Shown here: piece after piece, positions 25,525-40,408 of the stretch | Layout: each line of letters opens with the position of its first letter | How positions within the stretch are numbered: the first letter of the stretch is position 1 | Assembly: GCF_018350175.1 (NCBI RefSeq) | Contig: NC_058368.1 | Span: 178,004,001-178,068,000, forward strand | DNA length: 64,000 nucleotides | From: Felis catus | Lineage: Eukaryota | Reading direction: 5' to 3' | Program-made: the position numbers and the translations under genes | Notes under the pieces: model-generated | Told to the model about the DNA's origin: nothing | Seen by the model: the letters and a program-made list of their open reading frames with translations, nothing else | Databases searched by the model: none

Positions 25525-25700
25525 TAAAATCAAATATTTTTAATACAGGTATGCAACTATTATTATCAGATAATCATAAATGAACTAAAGATTAAGTTAA
25601 ATTTCCTAGAGAAAAAGTTTAACTCAATATAATGAAAAGCTTAGTCTAGAATTTTCAAAAGAGAAATCCTTCTATTATCTATTTTCATTAAAAATTTCTA

Positions 25701-25922
25701 GGGGCGCCTGGGTGGCTCAGTCAGTTGAGCGTCTGACTTCAGCTCAGGTCATGATCTTGCGGTCCGTGAGTTCAAGCTCCGCGTCAGGCTCTGTGCTGAC
25801 AGCTCGGAGCCTGGAGCCTGCTTCGGATTCTGTGTCTCCCTCTCTCTCTGCCCCTAACCCACTCGCATTCTGTCTCTGTCTCTCTCAAAAAAATAAATAA
25901 ATAAACATTAAAAAACTTAAAA
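25701..25922 (+). mobile_element. SINEC_Fc
   Basis: Complete head, CT tract and A tail. TSD aaaaatttc. Confidence 0.93.
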
Positions 25923-26813
25923 AAAAATTTCCAGTGGATGGCTGCTAAGTGCCTGGTATTAAGAAAATCTGTTTATTTTAATAATCTTTCTAAGAGCGAA
26001 GAGTACAAGTTGTTGAGGAACAGCACCTTTGTCTCCTTTTTCTTAACTGCACAAAGGCATTGGTGCCTAGCCAACCCACACACTTCCTTCCATGCATGCA
26101 CACAGGAACACTGTTAATAGTTTATGTGTCCTTCCGGAGATTTTTTAAACTGTATACACAGGCAAATATGACTAAATATTCTCCTCTCAACTCTTTTAAA
26201 CATATGGAACATACACTATACTTATGGTTCCAAACCTAGCTTGTTCCATTTAATAACTGATCTTAAGATCTTTCCATGTCAGACATCAAGAGTTTCTTCA
26301 TTCTCTCTTGCAGCTGTTTAACATTTCATTGTAGAAATATACCATAATATTTTCAAACATTCCCCTACACATGGGCACTGAAGTTAAGAATTTTTTGCTG
26401 TTGCAAAATTGCTGCAATTCGCCATCTTATACAATCATTTCACACATGTACAGCTACAATATATGCTTCTAACAGTGAAACAACTAGTTTAAAGAATATA
26501 AACTTTTATAACGTTGATGATTATTAGCATATTGCTCTCCACAGAAACTGAAAAAATTTATCTATCATCAGTCTAGGAGAGTGTCTGTATACACTCATAT
26601 AAGATAATTCGGATGATATGAAAATTTAAAATTTATTAATATCTGAAAAATGCATCTCAGTACAGTTTTATTTTGTATTTGTCACGTACATGAGGTTAAA
26701 ATTTTTCCGTGTTTTTAGGCCGTATATATGTCCTTTCCTGTGACCTGTTTGTTCATATCCTTTGCCAATTCTTTCTATTGGGCTCTCTTTTCTTTGCTGA
26801 TTTCTAGAAATTC

Positions 26814-26816
<3 letters not shown>

Positions 26817-26867
<51 letters not shown>

Positions 26868-26870
26868 TAT
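26817..26870 (+). repeat. (CA)n microsatellite inside an old L1M fragment
   Basis: Read directly from the sequence. Confidence 0.95.
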
Positions 26871-27479
26871 ATTAGAAAACTGAGTCCTTTGCCTATGTAA
26901 TGTGATTAATGCCATACAGAAGTTTTTGTTAGGTTTTTATTATGCAAAAATTTTTATCAGCTTTTTCTTTTATGATTTTACATAATAAAAAGGTCTTCTT
27001 CCTGAATATAAGGTATTTTTATGTTTCTTTTTTTTTCTTTTTTTACATTTACCTCTCTGATACATTTGAACTTATCTTGAACACATCTTGTGAGATATGG
27101 ATCAACATTATTTTTTCCCAGATGGCTACCCAGGTGTTTCAACACCATTTCTGTCTTGTATAGTCTATCTTTTGCTCACCATTTCAATTATATCCCTTAT
27201 CATATAGACTAGGTTCATGTATGCATTCAGATTACTTTACTGGACCTTTTATTCTGTTCTAGCACCTAACTAAATATATCTTGATCAATTATTTTTTTCA
27301 TATTATTTAACTTTTCCAAAACATTATTTTTAATAGATGTATAATATTAAGACTATGTCAAAATCTAACCATCTCATTTTGAATATAAATTCCTATTTCA
27401 GGGAAATATAACTACTTCCAAAGAATTCTACAAAGTATCTAAGTTATAGCATATGAAGTTCTTTTAAAAAGTTAGTACT

Positions 27480-27650
27480 GGGGCACCTGGGTGGCTCAGT
27501 CATTTAAGCATCTGACTTTGATCTCACAGTTCATAGGTTCAAGGCCCATGTCAGGCTCCACACTGCCAGCATTGAGCCTGCTTGGGATTCTCTCTCCCAC
27601 TCTCTCTCAGCCCCTCCCCCTCCAAAATAAATACATAAACTTAAACAAAT
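27480..27650 (+). mobile_element. Can-SINE
   Basis: Head ggggcacctgggtggctcag. TSD aaaaagttagtact/aaaaagttggtact. Confidence 0.88.
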
Positions 27651-28282
27651 TAAAAAGTTGGTACTTTTTGCCAAAGTGTTATGAAATAATATGATGAATA
27701 CCATTTTATGGTTATTATTTCCTATATTTATATTATTTAAAAGTAACTTTCACCTACCAAATATTTTTAATACCATTAAAATTTATGAAGGTAAAGTTAC
27801 TGAAGATTACATTTAAGAATTAGGTTACTATAACCGGTTGTTTGGTTTTTTTTTTCCTAAGAAGATGTATTTGTTCTGTAATTTTTAGAGGAGTGACAAA
27901 GCTTTTAGTCTGGGTATTTTTTAATTAGCAGATTGTTGGAGTAATTTTTAAATAAATAGATATATTCAGCAAACTGTGTCTAGATCCAAGTGAGTTTTCA
28001 AGTGACTTAAACAGGCATATCTTGTTTCTGAATTCTTTATTGAGTGGGACCTCCCTTTTCCTACTCTAGCTCTCTGTTGGTTCTATGTACTTTCTCTTGT
28101 TTACTTTTATTTCCTTTTTATAGCATACATTCCAAAATCCTAGGAAGATGTGAAACCAAAAGACAGTTTGTTGGGATGTCTTTACAACTCCTATTAAGCT
28201 GGTGATTTGCATTTGCCTAAAAGGCAATGGCATCCCAGCAGGAAAGCAGGGAAGAGTTCCCAGCAGGGTACAGGATCCATTT

Positions 28283-28727
28283 GTCAAAGAAGTTTTGGTA
28301 GTTGTACCAGAAGTTCAGTTGCAAAAGCCTAAGGTCCAAATAACCACGGCTTACACAATATGCGTATTTATTTCTCACTCAAGCAAATATCCAAGGCAGT
28401 CCTCCAGGACTAGTTAGCCCTCCACAGTGCATCAGGGATTCAGGTTCCTCACATCTTGTTGTTACATCTGCCTCCATTCACACAATCACTTTGTGGCCTA
28501 AGATGGCTTCTTCAGCTCCACCCAACAGGCCCACACATCTGGCACACACCACATTCACTTACATCTGACTGCCTAGAACACAATCACTTAACCATACCTA
28601 GCTGCAAGAGAGTCTAATAAATCTGGTCTTTATTCAGGTGGCCACATACCCACCGTAAGAATCAGGTATTCTATTACTGCAGAAGAAAGGAAGAAGAAAT
28701 GCTGGACAGCTAGTAACCTCTGCCACA
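28283..28727. mobile_element. MaLR solo LTR (MLT1-like)
   Basis: TG...CA ends, internal gtatttatttctcac and accatacctagctgcaag, terminal ctctgccaca, as recalled for MLT1J/K. Confidence 0.6.
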
Positions 28728-28999
28728 GTGCCCTTCAAAGATCTGTGGCTACCTCTAAAAGTGCTTAAGAATAAAACTTGCATTATATATATAATATTCA
28801 CTTCCAGTTTCACTTTATTGTCCTACACATACTGTTTCCTTTATGTCAAATTATTTCTGGTAAAGAGCATGGGGGGAATAAAAAGACAAGTATATCATTA
28901 AATAATTTCAATCCAAGTATAAAGCACAGCATTTCAAATTCAAAGAGATGAATTTTGGATAATCAGTTGTTTATATTCCCCTAGATATCCAAATAAATA

Positions 29000-30660
29000 A
29001 GTATTCATTTAGTCAACAAATATCTGAGGGCCTACTATGTGGCAGGTGTGTATCAGGAGTTCAGGATATAAGTGAACAAGACATATATATTCTCAGTCCT
29101 CCAGAAACCTATCGTCTATACAGGGAAAGACATAAAATAAGGAATTAAAGAATGACAAGTACTATCATAAACAGTATAAAAAAATTGGGGAAGATTCTTA
29201 ACATTCTAGGATGGAAAACGGCAAAGAAAGAGTGTGTGGAGAGAAAGGAGAAAACATGTGTAACTATCCAGAGAACTATCCAGGGAAGAAAAGGCATGGC
29301 TCAGTTCAGAGCATGGCTCAGTTCAGAGCTACAAAGCAGTCAGATGAAGCTAATCAGACAGGCAGGAGCCAGATTATGAACCTGATGAGCCATGTTGATT
29401 TTAAACCCAGTAGCAATGGAAAGTACTTTGCTCAGAGCTTGAGCAAAGCACCGACCGAATCAGATCTGTACTTCAGATTCAGGAAGCCAGAGAGGAAGCA
29501 AGGTGTCCACTTAAAACTGTAGCATGAATCCAGGTGAAAGATGATAGGGGCTAGAAACAACTGGACTAAAAGGCATAACTAGAACGTAGAGCTGACAGTA
29601 TTTGAAAATGAAGACTACATGGATGCTGGTGAGAGAGAAAAAAGGAAAAGTTAAGAATAACTTCCAGGATTCAGACTTAGGCAATCGAGCGGATGGCAAG
29701 GAGACACGCGAAGAGGGTCAGGGCTGGGAGTGGATAGAAGAGAGAAGTTTAATGTTAGCCACTGAATTGAAGACAAATGTGAAACAGAACATGCAAGTGA
29801 AACAGTTCAACAGGTATCTGGAAGTTAGAAGATAACAATGACTGCAACACAGAATCACTGAGCAATGCTGAGGGCTCAGCTGAGGTGAAAACTGGCATTC
29901 TGATTGACAAATGGTACCTGTATAGAGGTATGCAATTCTTTTGTTATCACTTAACGGGTTAGAGAAAACTCTGAATTCCTTCAGGGTTAAGGTTTTGCCA
30001 GGCAGTTGAGGTAAAAATACAATGGTGAACAAAGCAGATAAAGCTTATTCCTTTCCTTACACTAGTGGAATGAACAAATAAACATAAGGGGTAATAAAGA
30101 CTAGGAAGAAACTAAACTAGGATAGGGTGTTATTATAGACTGGGAAATCAGAGGAGGAGACAGCTGCATATAGACCTACTTGACTGAAGTGAAGGAGTAC
30201 CCTATAAACATCTGGAAGAAAGCATTCCTAGCAGAGAAGTGCAGAGGCCCTAAAGTGAGAACATACTGGTAATACTCAAATAGCAAGGAGGCCCTTGTGG
30301 TTGGGCTGAATGAGAAAGAGGAGGAAATGAAGTCAGAGAAGTAGTACAAGAGGCTCTGAGCCCTGGCAAGGACTCTGGAATCTGTCATGTGTGTGACAGG
30401 AAGCCACTGGAAGCTTATGAACAGAGTAGAGCACCACGATCTAATGGGAAAGAAGCTGAAGTCATCCATATGACAGCAGAGTCTGAGAGAGAGAACAAGA
30501 CTCCGAGCTAGCTGCCAGAGGTTTCATGAGTAATGAGGGATGACTTGGAGAAGAACAGGCCAGAGAAGTGAGGAGAGACCGGGGGGGGGGGGGGGGTAAC
30601 TGAGAAGAATAAGCCTAAAAGCAGCAGTCGCTCTATTAGCACGAGCAAACTGAGAAGACA
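29000..30660. mobile_element. Decayed L2 fragments
   Basis: L2 terminal motif attcatttagtcaacaaatatctgagggcctactatgtggcagg at about 29003, followed by L2-like purine-rich sequence. Confidence 0.6.
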
Positions 30661-31590
30661 CAGGATGAATAAAACACAGTCTCTGGGTAATCACTCAAGA
30701 GGGTTACATTCTGGTAATGAGGAATGAAACGGCAATGACTATAAAATTATCTTTATTTAATTAGAATTGCATGGCCTGAGCACAAATATATTTATTTGCC
30801 AAGTTAAAGTAGCATATTTAAATATGTTAAAGTAACATGTTTTAATTATAATTATCACAATATTGGGAGCTTTTATGAATATTAACCTTTTCCTGATAAA
30901 ATAGCATATAGGTTTCTGGCAGAAGCTTCACGGTCTTCTAATTTGGTATTGTTCCCCCAGGAGTTAAAAAGGTATCATGTAACAATACACAGAAGGCAAC
31001 AGTATTACAGTTCCAGTTACTTGGAACTTCTTCATATGAAATTGATATTTTAAAATTCTACATAAAACCACATTCTTATTTAATTTAAAATCTCAACATT
31101 TCACAACAGATATTTATATTTTTTCTATGTCCCACCTTGATCTTGAATCTGCTTAGCCCTGTTTACATACACACCAACCTCACCACTACCTCTCACCCTA
31201 TCCCTGGCCTCAACCACTTGTCTTTTGGCTCCAGTAAGATTCACACACTTCCTGCAGTTGTAAATCTTTACCCAGGGAAGAGGTAAGGCCTAGAACAGCT
31301 CTAGCCCCTACCTCCCACCCCAACAGGACCAACAGAAGCTCTGGCTTCCCCAGCGATACCTCAAGGAGGCCAGGGAACACAACTATGAAGTATGAAAAGG
31401 TTGAGCACCCCGGGAGTAGACACTAACTAGTAAGAAACGGGACACAGAAATAAGCAGACAGAAAAATGCCTTGCCCTTAGTCCCCCATCCTGCCACCACC
31501 ATGAACTGTTTTGAAACACATTGGTCCATGTGGCCTCTGGGAAAAACTCCTGTAACAGCAAGCAACAAGGTCTGTAATGTACCATCTTAT

Positions 31591-32228
31591 ACACGTGATT
31601 CTCATTATTCATGGTAGTTATGTTCTCAAAAGGCATTATGAAAACTGTATTAGTCAATACTGAACCACTGTGCTCCCAGAGGAAATACAGGGTTAGGTTC
31701 CTGAGGAACACTGGTGACAATGTTTTCATTAACCAATCTAACAAATAACCTTGTTTTATGTGTGTTTCTCTTTAAAGACATCTTATTTATTAATATGTAT
31801 TGTTGATCATTAACACTGAACTCACAGCTAATAGCACAACTTGGACCTGAATGAGGCTTACTTAATATACGTATTTTTTCTGTAAGGTACTTTACAGCTT
31901 TTTTGTTGTGCTTAGGAACATCAGACAGCACTTCGGCACTACATTGGGGACCATTGTAAATAGTAAAACCACCAACAAAAAGCACAAAAACATGAGAAAT
32001 ATGGCACTAAACAGACAATGTAAAGGACACTTATTTACAGTGTTAGAGTATGAAATAAGAAGGCAAAGCTGGGAAAATGGGTATCAGGCAACTCAAATTT
32101 CCACGCACATACATATCCAAAAATGACTGCAGTAGCACCAGAAGCGTTGGTTTGGGGGTTACAAATAAACTTTAGCAAGTACACAAATTTGCAAAACTGG
32201 AATCTGTGGATGAGGATTATTGACTGTA
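31591..32228 (+). mobile_element. Tigger-family non-autonomous DNA transposon (MER82-like), about 640 bp
   Basis: tgattctcattattcatggtagttatgttc...gaggaaatacagggttaggttcctg...tgaggattattgactgta, with degenerate TIRs and TA flanks. Confidence 0.75.
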
Positions 32229-34923
32229 TTTGTTTTCTCCTATTCTCTCAATTTTTCTTTTCCTTCATTTTTCCTTCCTTGAAAATGCACCTTTCTCCCC
32301 ACTCTTCAATAAAACCTTAGACCATAATCTTCACCTAATGCTTTGTTTTCTAGCGAACAGCTAAAACGCAAATCGAATATTAAAGTTAAATATATTTGTT
32401 GCTTAAAGAAAAAATTAAAATTTTCTACTTGGCAAATATACACCTGCTTTTGTTTATTTCCTTGGCAAATATACCTGTTTTTGTTCATTTCCTGTTATAT
32501 ATTTCTCAGGAAAATAATGCCAGTGGGTACTTCTCTGCTTGATGATGAAAACTTTTAAAAAATCAAACTATAGCAAAAAGTATACTTACTTTCCACTTTA
32601 TTAAACATGTAATGTTATGTTAAAAGACAGCACGGAGGCAAATTATTCACTTTGTTTAAAATTAACCAAAGCATTTTAAGAATGCCCCAATTCATATTTT
32701 AAAGTTATTCTATATTGGAAATAATGAATCTTAGAAAAGCTGAAAATATTTGTGTTCCATTCAGACTCCAGTTTCACTGCAAAGGGCTAGTTTAAAGGTA
32801 GAAAAGAATATGGAATAAAGAGAAATTTTCTATTCAAAATGGCAACAAATTTATTAAACACTAAGGAATATATTTAAGATTAGTAAGGAAGGAGAATGCC
32901 ACAACCAGGTATAATAATTTTAAGAACTTTGCCACTGGGTGGTGGCAAAACTGGGGTGACATACATCTGGGCAAAAAGCAATGGATAGTCAATTGTCCAA
33001 CAGAAGCTTTGTTTATGATTGTTGACAAGATTTTTCACCTCATGACCGTAGCCTTAGTAAGAAGCAATGAATTACTTGCCTTATATTTCTATTCTACACT
33101 AAGGAAAACAGACTTCCAAGATCAGTGGAAAAGAATGAAAAGCCTAGAAAAAGACCTAAAATCTTCATGTAAAGATATAAGCAGCATTTCAAATGTGTGA
33201 AGGAGGAGGTTCACATTAATTGGTTAACACTATGTAAACTCTGGAAAAAGTATATAAGACAAATGTCAAATATATTAAGAATTAAATATAAAAAACTGAA
33301 ACCATAAAAAAACTAGAAGAAAACATAGGTGAGTATTTTTATTATCCAGGTGTGGAACAACTTTTCTAAGCATGACCAATGGAGAAAATATGAAGGGAAA
33401 ATTTCATAGATCTGAACATATAAATATTTAAATCCAGTAAGAAAGAAATTTCTAAAACAAATTAAAAACATGGAGAAAACATTTTCAAAATAAATAGTAA
33501 AATATTAAGATCTTTGATATATACTGAGTTCTTGTAAACAAATTAGGAAAGATAATCACAAAAGAAAACTAGCTAAATGGTACAATCTATACATATTTAA
33601 AAATCACAGAGAAAATACAATTGGGAAAAATAGGAACGGAAAAGAATGTTTGACATCACTTGTAACCAAAGCAATACAAAATTAACACAAGATATTTGCT
33701 GTTATCTGGGAAAGATAATCCTATTATCTAGGGTTCAACTGCAGAAAATATGGTTAACTCTCAAAGCCTTTGAGTTCAGAGAATAAACTAGTGTTGAAAC
33801 TCTTTAACATGCTGTAGACCATTCCAGCAACTCTACAGCCTTTAGGAATTAACTCTAATGAAATTATTTTGATCTAAAAGAATATTCACCTCAAAGCAGT
33901 TTACACTGAAGAAAAATTGGGAAACAACCTAAAATTCCCAAGACCAGGGTATGTTTAAATTAAGGAACAGCTTAGAATATTTAATGTCTAGGTAAAATCA
34001 CAATATTATGCTTGATTTTTTAAAAAGAGAAGTGTTTGTGGGGCAGATGGCGTTTGGTAATATAGCACTTACCATTTGCCAGACATTGTTCTCAGCATCT
34101 TAAAAATATTAACTCATTTAATCCTTATAATAGCCCAAAATGAATTAGGTATTATTGTCCCCATTTTAGTTTACAAAACAGTATTCTAGTATAATTTTTG
34201 TTTAAAAAATGTTGGAAAAGACACATGAAATGTACATATACCCTCAAGCATTAATTTAAAAAATTCAAAGGTCTTTAGCAAAATGACAGTAATAGTTACC
34301 TTCAAATTAATCTATGACTTTTCTTTTTATTTGAAATATTTAAGTGTCCAATAAAAACACATACGACTTTGTTATAAAGAAAAATTTTATTAAAAAATAA
34401 ATTAAAATATATAGAAAACCAACTCATGTGTATTATTCACATGTAGGAATTTTCCTCAGTGTTAAGGCAAGTAATTCATTGCTTCTTATTAAGGTTATAG
34501 TCATGAGGTGGAAAATCTAGTCAACAATCACAAACAAAGCTTGTATTGGGTAACTGACTATCCACTGCTTTTTGACCACACGTATATCACCCCAATTTTG
34601 CCACTGCCCAATACACACCAATTTAGCAAGCTTTGTCAGATCCTAAGAAATAAAAAGCAACTTAAACCTTCATTTAGACGCAAGTCTAAACACTATTTAG
34701 ACGCAAGTTTAAAGTATATTTGACTATAACACTTATTAGAGATTTGACTTCTACAAATCACTTAACCTCTAACCTCTATTAGTTTTCTCACCAGTAAAAA
34801 AGAAAATAATACCTTCCTCAAATGGCCAAGTACAAAATGTTTTATCTTATAATTCCAGTTCAATAATAACTAAATTTCTTAACTACTTAGTAAATTTCTG
34901 TAAGTTTTATGGCCAGCACTTAC

Positions 34924-35029
34924 CGACAGGATAATTCTCCATCCATAGCATCATGTTCATCTGTACTGGTATAGGTTAACCTTCCTCCAACAACTGTCCC
35001 AACTAAGTATACCAGCCATGCAAGACGTC
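34924..35029 (-). CDS. RANBP17: RANBP17 coding exon (probable exon 13), 106 nt, phase 1-2
   Basis: Acceptor ttatgttttag|GA, donor TCG|gtaagt. Translates (G)[34 protein letters not shown](R). Confidence 0.95.
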
Positions 35030-36914
35030 CTAAAACATAACAGGAAAGAGAAATGTTTAGGAGGTATTTATAGAAACAATGTTTATATTGCAGAAAATTC
35101 TGAAATTGGCAAAGTGATCTATTCTTCCAAACAAATGATAAACTACTGTGAACTCAGTCCTTGACAGAGAGTGGAGTGAGTTTTAAGTTTATCAAGGCAG
35201 CATAACAGTAAAAATTACAGATTTTACAGAGTTAAAGTTATGTTCAAAATCCCAGCTCGAACAATTTATGTGATCTTGCATAAGTTACTTACCCCTTTAC
35301 ACATTAGGGTTTTCATTTGAAAAATGGAGAAAATAATGTCTACCATGAAGACTTACAATTAAAATTAAATTGGACTAACAAAACACCTAAAGTAATGTGT
35401 AGAACCAGGGCTGTAAGTAAGCACTAATATAATCCACAGACCAGCATCTTTTCCGGTCACTGACCAAACATGGTCAATGTTATGATAATACCAGCCTGAT
35501 CATTTTTAGTATTGTCCCTGTTTGAACCTAATAGATGGTAATAAATTTATCGCCTTTGTATTTTGTGCATAACTTTTTAAAATACAAGACTGTTGTATTT
35601 TATGCATAACTTTTTAAAATCCAAGATTGTCACCATTCAAATCACATAGTCTGACAACAAAATTAACTTCACGGGCAATACTAGCAAGGGCTTAACTAAC
35701 TATAACAGTGGCATGCATGGCATCTACAGTTTTCACAAAATTGAGTAATTCAGAAATGGAGGTACTTATTGAATGATTTTTATTTAAGGCATATATCATT
35801 TTACAACTTAGAAGCACTCATCCATGTGTCAGATTCTCCAAAATTTTCAAGACCTTTATGAACAATTAACAACATACCAGTTATCTTGCTAAAAAGAAAT
35901 TTTGTGCTATTCTTAGGGACTGATTCTTCAAAGTTGACCAGGTTATTGCATAATACCAAAATCAATTATGTTCCTGTATTGAGAAACAAATCAATTATGT
36001 TCCTGTATTGAGAAACCTTCTCAAGTGAACTAAAGTTCAAGGGTATTAATTTGAATAGTCTTATGGATGTCTTTGCCTGTTGGAAGACTTAGGAAGGATA
36101 AATTCATGTAGAAAAAGAGCACATTCTTTCTATATTTCTGTGAATACTAGCCATCATTACTCTATAACTGATCAATTCCCTCTAACTTCAAGACAGACAT
36201 CAGCCTATTGAGGTGACAAACTTCCTGTAAGTTAGAAATATAGCCTGGCAAATATCCACATCCCCTATTGTATTATAAAACGACAATGAATAAATCAGAA
36301 TAGACCCAATTATGCAGGCTGGGACATAAACAACGTGAAACAGATTCAATAGGAGACAAAAACACTAATTTGATCAAGTAATTCATAAAACAGACTCAAG
36401 CCTCAAGATACACATAATTAATTTTTAAAAAGTAACAGAACAAAAAGCCCATCTAGGAAGCTGAAGGTACTAAGAAAGTTGCCTATGTACTCAAAATTGT
36501 TTTATGATTAACATAAAAGTCTATTAGTAACACATGCTATCCCCTGATGACCCTACTTCTGTGGGTCCTCTCAAGTGATCTCTCTTCCACACTTGTATCT
36601 CAGGCCTACAACATGGAGGTGTTCTTGACGTTCCTGATGTCTATTTCCAAAACATTCTCCCTCCATCAAAAGCACTCAGCTGACATCTTATGTCATCAAA
36701 CTATACTACCAAATATCCTTTCTGGCTGCAATGATCTACTCTCCCTCAGGTTATTTTCCCTTACTTTTTGAAGGTGTTCATTCCTGGCTTGCTGTCACTC
36801 TTTCCAACAAGACTTCTATTATAATCAGTAGTGGCTTCAACATATACAAAGATGAATCTTCCAACACTAACAATCCTTCATTCTACTAGGAATCTCCAAC
36901 AGATGAACCTATCA

Positions 36915-37697
36915 CTTTCTTTAACAACTTTACTGAAATATATAATTCACATACCATACAATTCATCCACTTATAAAAGTCATTGTTTTTAAGTAAATTC
37001 ACAGGGTTGTACAACCACCACCACAACCTAATTTTAGAACATTTCATCTCTCACCAAAGAAATTCCACTCCATACCCCTCAATTCACCCCCATCCCTAAG
37101 CAACTACTAATCTACTTTATGTCTCCTCAGATTTTTCCCATTCTGGACATTTCATGTCAACAAATCATATAACATGTAGCTTTTGTAACTGTCTTTTTCA
37201 CTTAGCATAATGTGTTCAAAGATCATCCATGTTGTAGTTTGTATCGGTACTTCATTTTTTATAGCCAAACAACATTCCATTGTTTGAACTTATGGTTGCC
37301 GGTGGGGTGGGGTGGGGTGGGGGGTGTTGAAGGACAAGCAAGATGGGTGAATGGGAAGGGCAAACAGAAGCTTCCAGTTATGAAATGAATAAGTCATGGA
37401 AATAAAAGGCACAACATAGGGATTACAGTCAATGATACTACCATAGTATTGTATGGTGACAGATGGTAACTACACTTGTGGTAAGGATACCATAATGTAT
37501 AGAAAAGGTGAATCACTATGTTGTATACCTGGAACTAATATAACACTGTGTATCAACCATATTTTAAAAAAATTCCATTGTTGGACATAGCACATTTTAT
37601 TCATCTATACACCAGCTGATGGGCATTTGGACTGTTTCTACCTTTTGACTTGAAAAATAATGCTGCTATTTATAGAAACAGCCCAGTGTCTTGTCCA

Positions 37698-37733
<36 letters not shown>

Positions 37734-37777
37734 ATATATATATATATCTATATCTATATAGATAGATCTGTATATAT

Positions 37778-37822
<45 letters not shown>

Positions 37823-39570
37823 GAATATTACTCAGCCATAAAAAATGAAATGTTGGCATCTGCAGGGACATGAATGGAGCTACAGAGTATTATGCTAAGT
37901 AAAATATAAGTCAAATACCACGATTTCACTCATGTGGAATTTAAGAAACAAATGAACAAAAGGGGGGAAAAAAGACAGGCAAACCAAGAAACAGACTCAA
38001 CTATAGAGAACTGATATTTACTAGAGGAGAGGTGGGTGGGCGGTGGGTGAAATAGGTGATGGGATTAAGGAATACACTTGTGATGAGCACCAGATGTTGT
38101 ATGTAAATGTGGAAACACTATATTGTATACCTGAAACTAAAATTACACTGTATATCATCTAACTAGAGTTTAAATACTTAAAAAAATAGTGCTGCTTTGA
38201 ATATTTGTGCACAGCTTTTATGTGGATAACTTCTCTTGGGTATACCTAGAAATGGAATTACTGAGTCATATGATACATATATTTTTAACATTTTAAGGAA
38301 TGGCCAAACTGCTTTCTAAACCAGCATTACCACCAGCAATATATGAAGGTCCAAATCCTATCAACACTTGTTATTATCTTTTTGATTATACCCATCCTAG
38401 TGAGTGTGAAATGGTACCTTGTAATATTAATATATCCTTTCCTGATGACTAATGATGTTGACCATCCTCACATATGCTTACCAGCCACTTGCATGTCTTC
38501 TTTGGAGAAAGGTCTGTTTAAATCCTTTGCTCATTTTTAAATTGAGCTGTTTATCTTTTTTTTATTATTGAGCTGTAAGGGTTCTTTATATATTATAGAT
38601 ACAAGTCCCTCATCAGATATCAAATTTGCAAATATTTCCTCCCATTCTCTGGGTTGTGTTTTCACTTTCTTGATGGTATCCTTTGAAACATTCTGAGATT
38701 TTTAATTCTGATGTCAAATTTTTGAATTTTTCTTTAGTCACTTCAGCTTTTGGTGTCACATTTAAGAAACCACTGCCCAACCCAAAGTCATGAAGATTTA
38801 CTCCTATGTTTTCTTCTGAGTTTCATAGTTTTAACTCTTACATTTAGGTCTATGATTTATTTTTACTTAATTCTTGTATATGGTGGGAGATATTGGTCTT
38901 ATTCTTTGCATGCAATATCCAATTGTCCCAGCACCATTTGTCAAATAAACTATTCTTTTGTCATTGAATTGAATTTGCCACTCTTGTCAAAGAGCAATTC
39001 ATTATACATTGAAGGATTTATACCTGGATTCTCAATTATATTTCACTATTCTAGTGTCTATCTTTATGCCAATTCCACACTGTCTTGACTACATTTCCTT
39101 TTTAATAAATTTTGAAATCAACATGTGTAAGTCCTTATACTTCACTCTTTTTCAAGCTAATTTTGAATATTCTGGGTCTTCTGGATTTCCTTATGAATTT
39201 AAGGATCAGCATGTCAATTCTTGCGCTGAGGCCAGCTGGGATTTTAACAAAGATTGTGCTGAATCTATAGGTCAATTTGGGGAGTACTGCCATCTTACCA
39301 ATATCAAGTCTTGTGATCCATGACCACAGGTATCTTTCCACATAGTCAGATCTTTAATTTCTTTCAGTAATGCTTTATAGTGGTTGGTATATAAGTCTAA
39401 CCCTTTTTTTAAACTTATGCCTATGTAATTTATTCTTTTTTGATGCTATTTTACCTGAACTTATCTTCATTTTTAATTGGTAATATATAGACATGTTATT
39501 GACTTTTGTTTACTGATCTTATATCCTGCAACTTTGCTAATCTCTTATTAGTTGTACTAGTTTTTTGAGA
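36915..39570 (-). mobile_element. Old L1M 3' region with two nested plus-strand L1 3' ends (about 37287-37570 and 37670-38180)
   Basis: Degenerate L1 3' UTR/ORF2 homology. Nested pieces are flanked by ttccattgtt and aaaaata(a/g)tgctgct duplications. (TA)n(CA)n tract at 37700-37816. Confidence 0.75.
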
Positions 39571-39869
39571 TCTGCCATTTATTCAGTCTCTTACAAACCT
39601 CATGTCTTCTCTACCCTGCTTACTTAGCTTCAGTTCTATGCTCAATCATTATAATCTATGCCTTATACCACTTCAATTCCTCTCTTGCTCTGACACACTC
39701 ATCTTACAAACCCATGACTGTTTAAATCCAATTCCCTATCTAGTCTTTGCCTATACTTACACAGCTTAATATAACTAGAGAAAGATACAACCATGTTGAC
39801 CAGCCTCACTTTGAAGTCACCTTCTCAGTAAGGCCTTCCGTAGCCACCCTATCAACTTTTAATACCTAC

Positions 39870-40408
39870 TGTAAGTAGCACACCTTCCAGACAACCATCA
39901 TCAATTCCTTCTCTCCATGTATGCACAAGCCATCAAAAAGTGGAGTTTATTCTTCCAATTCTTTATAAGTGTATGCTGGATTGTGACTGCTTTGACCAAA
40001 AGAAAATGGTGGAAGTGACATTATTCCAGTGCTGGGATTAGTCTTTACAAGAACCAACAGCTCTTCCAGTCTCTTAGGGAATGTTCACACTGGGGAAGCC
40101 AATCACCATGTAAAAAGACCACATACCCTGAGAACATCATACTATTAAGAGGCCCAAGCTAGCAATGCAGAGAGAAAAATGCCAGTGAGAAACTATTCAC
40201 CAAACATTCCAGCCCAGATACCAGACTTGTGAGTAAAGAATCATTCAGGTGACTACAATGCCAGCTGTCATCTGATTACAATGCCTGAAAGATCCCAAAT
40301 GAGAATCATTCAGCTAAGACTTATGAATACCAGAGAACACTGAGAGATAATAACAAAATGACCATTATTTGATAAACTACTAAGTTTTGGTAAGTGATAA
40401 CCAGAACA
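39870..40408. mobile_element. MaLR solo LTR (MLT1-like) inserted in an L2
   Basis: tgactgctttgaccaa...ggaagtgac, ggcccaagctagc and the terminal gataaccagaaca. Confidence 0.65.

Noticed and set aside
25712..25900. Recurrent MAQSVERLTSAQVM-type ORFs and tRNA-like A/B boxes
   Set aside because: These are translations and Pol III boxes of tRNA-derived Can-SINEs, not genes or tRNAs.
30581..30596. G16 run, and (GGGGT)n at about 37303-37324, as functional G-quadruplexes
   Set aside because: Both lie in decayed repeats, homopolymer length is error-prone, and nothing else suggests function.
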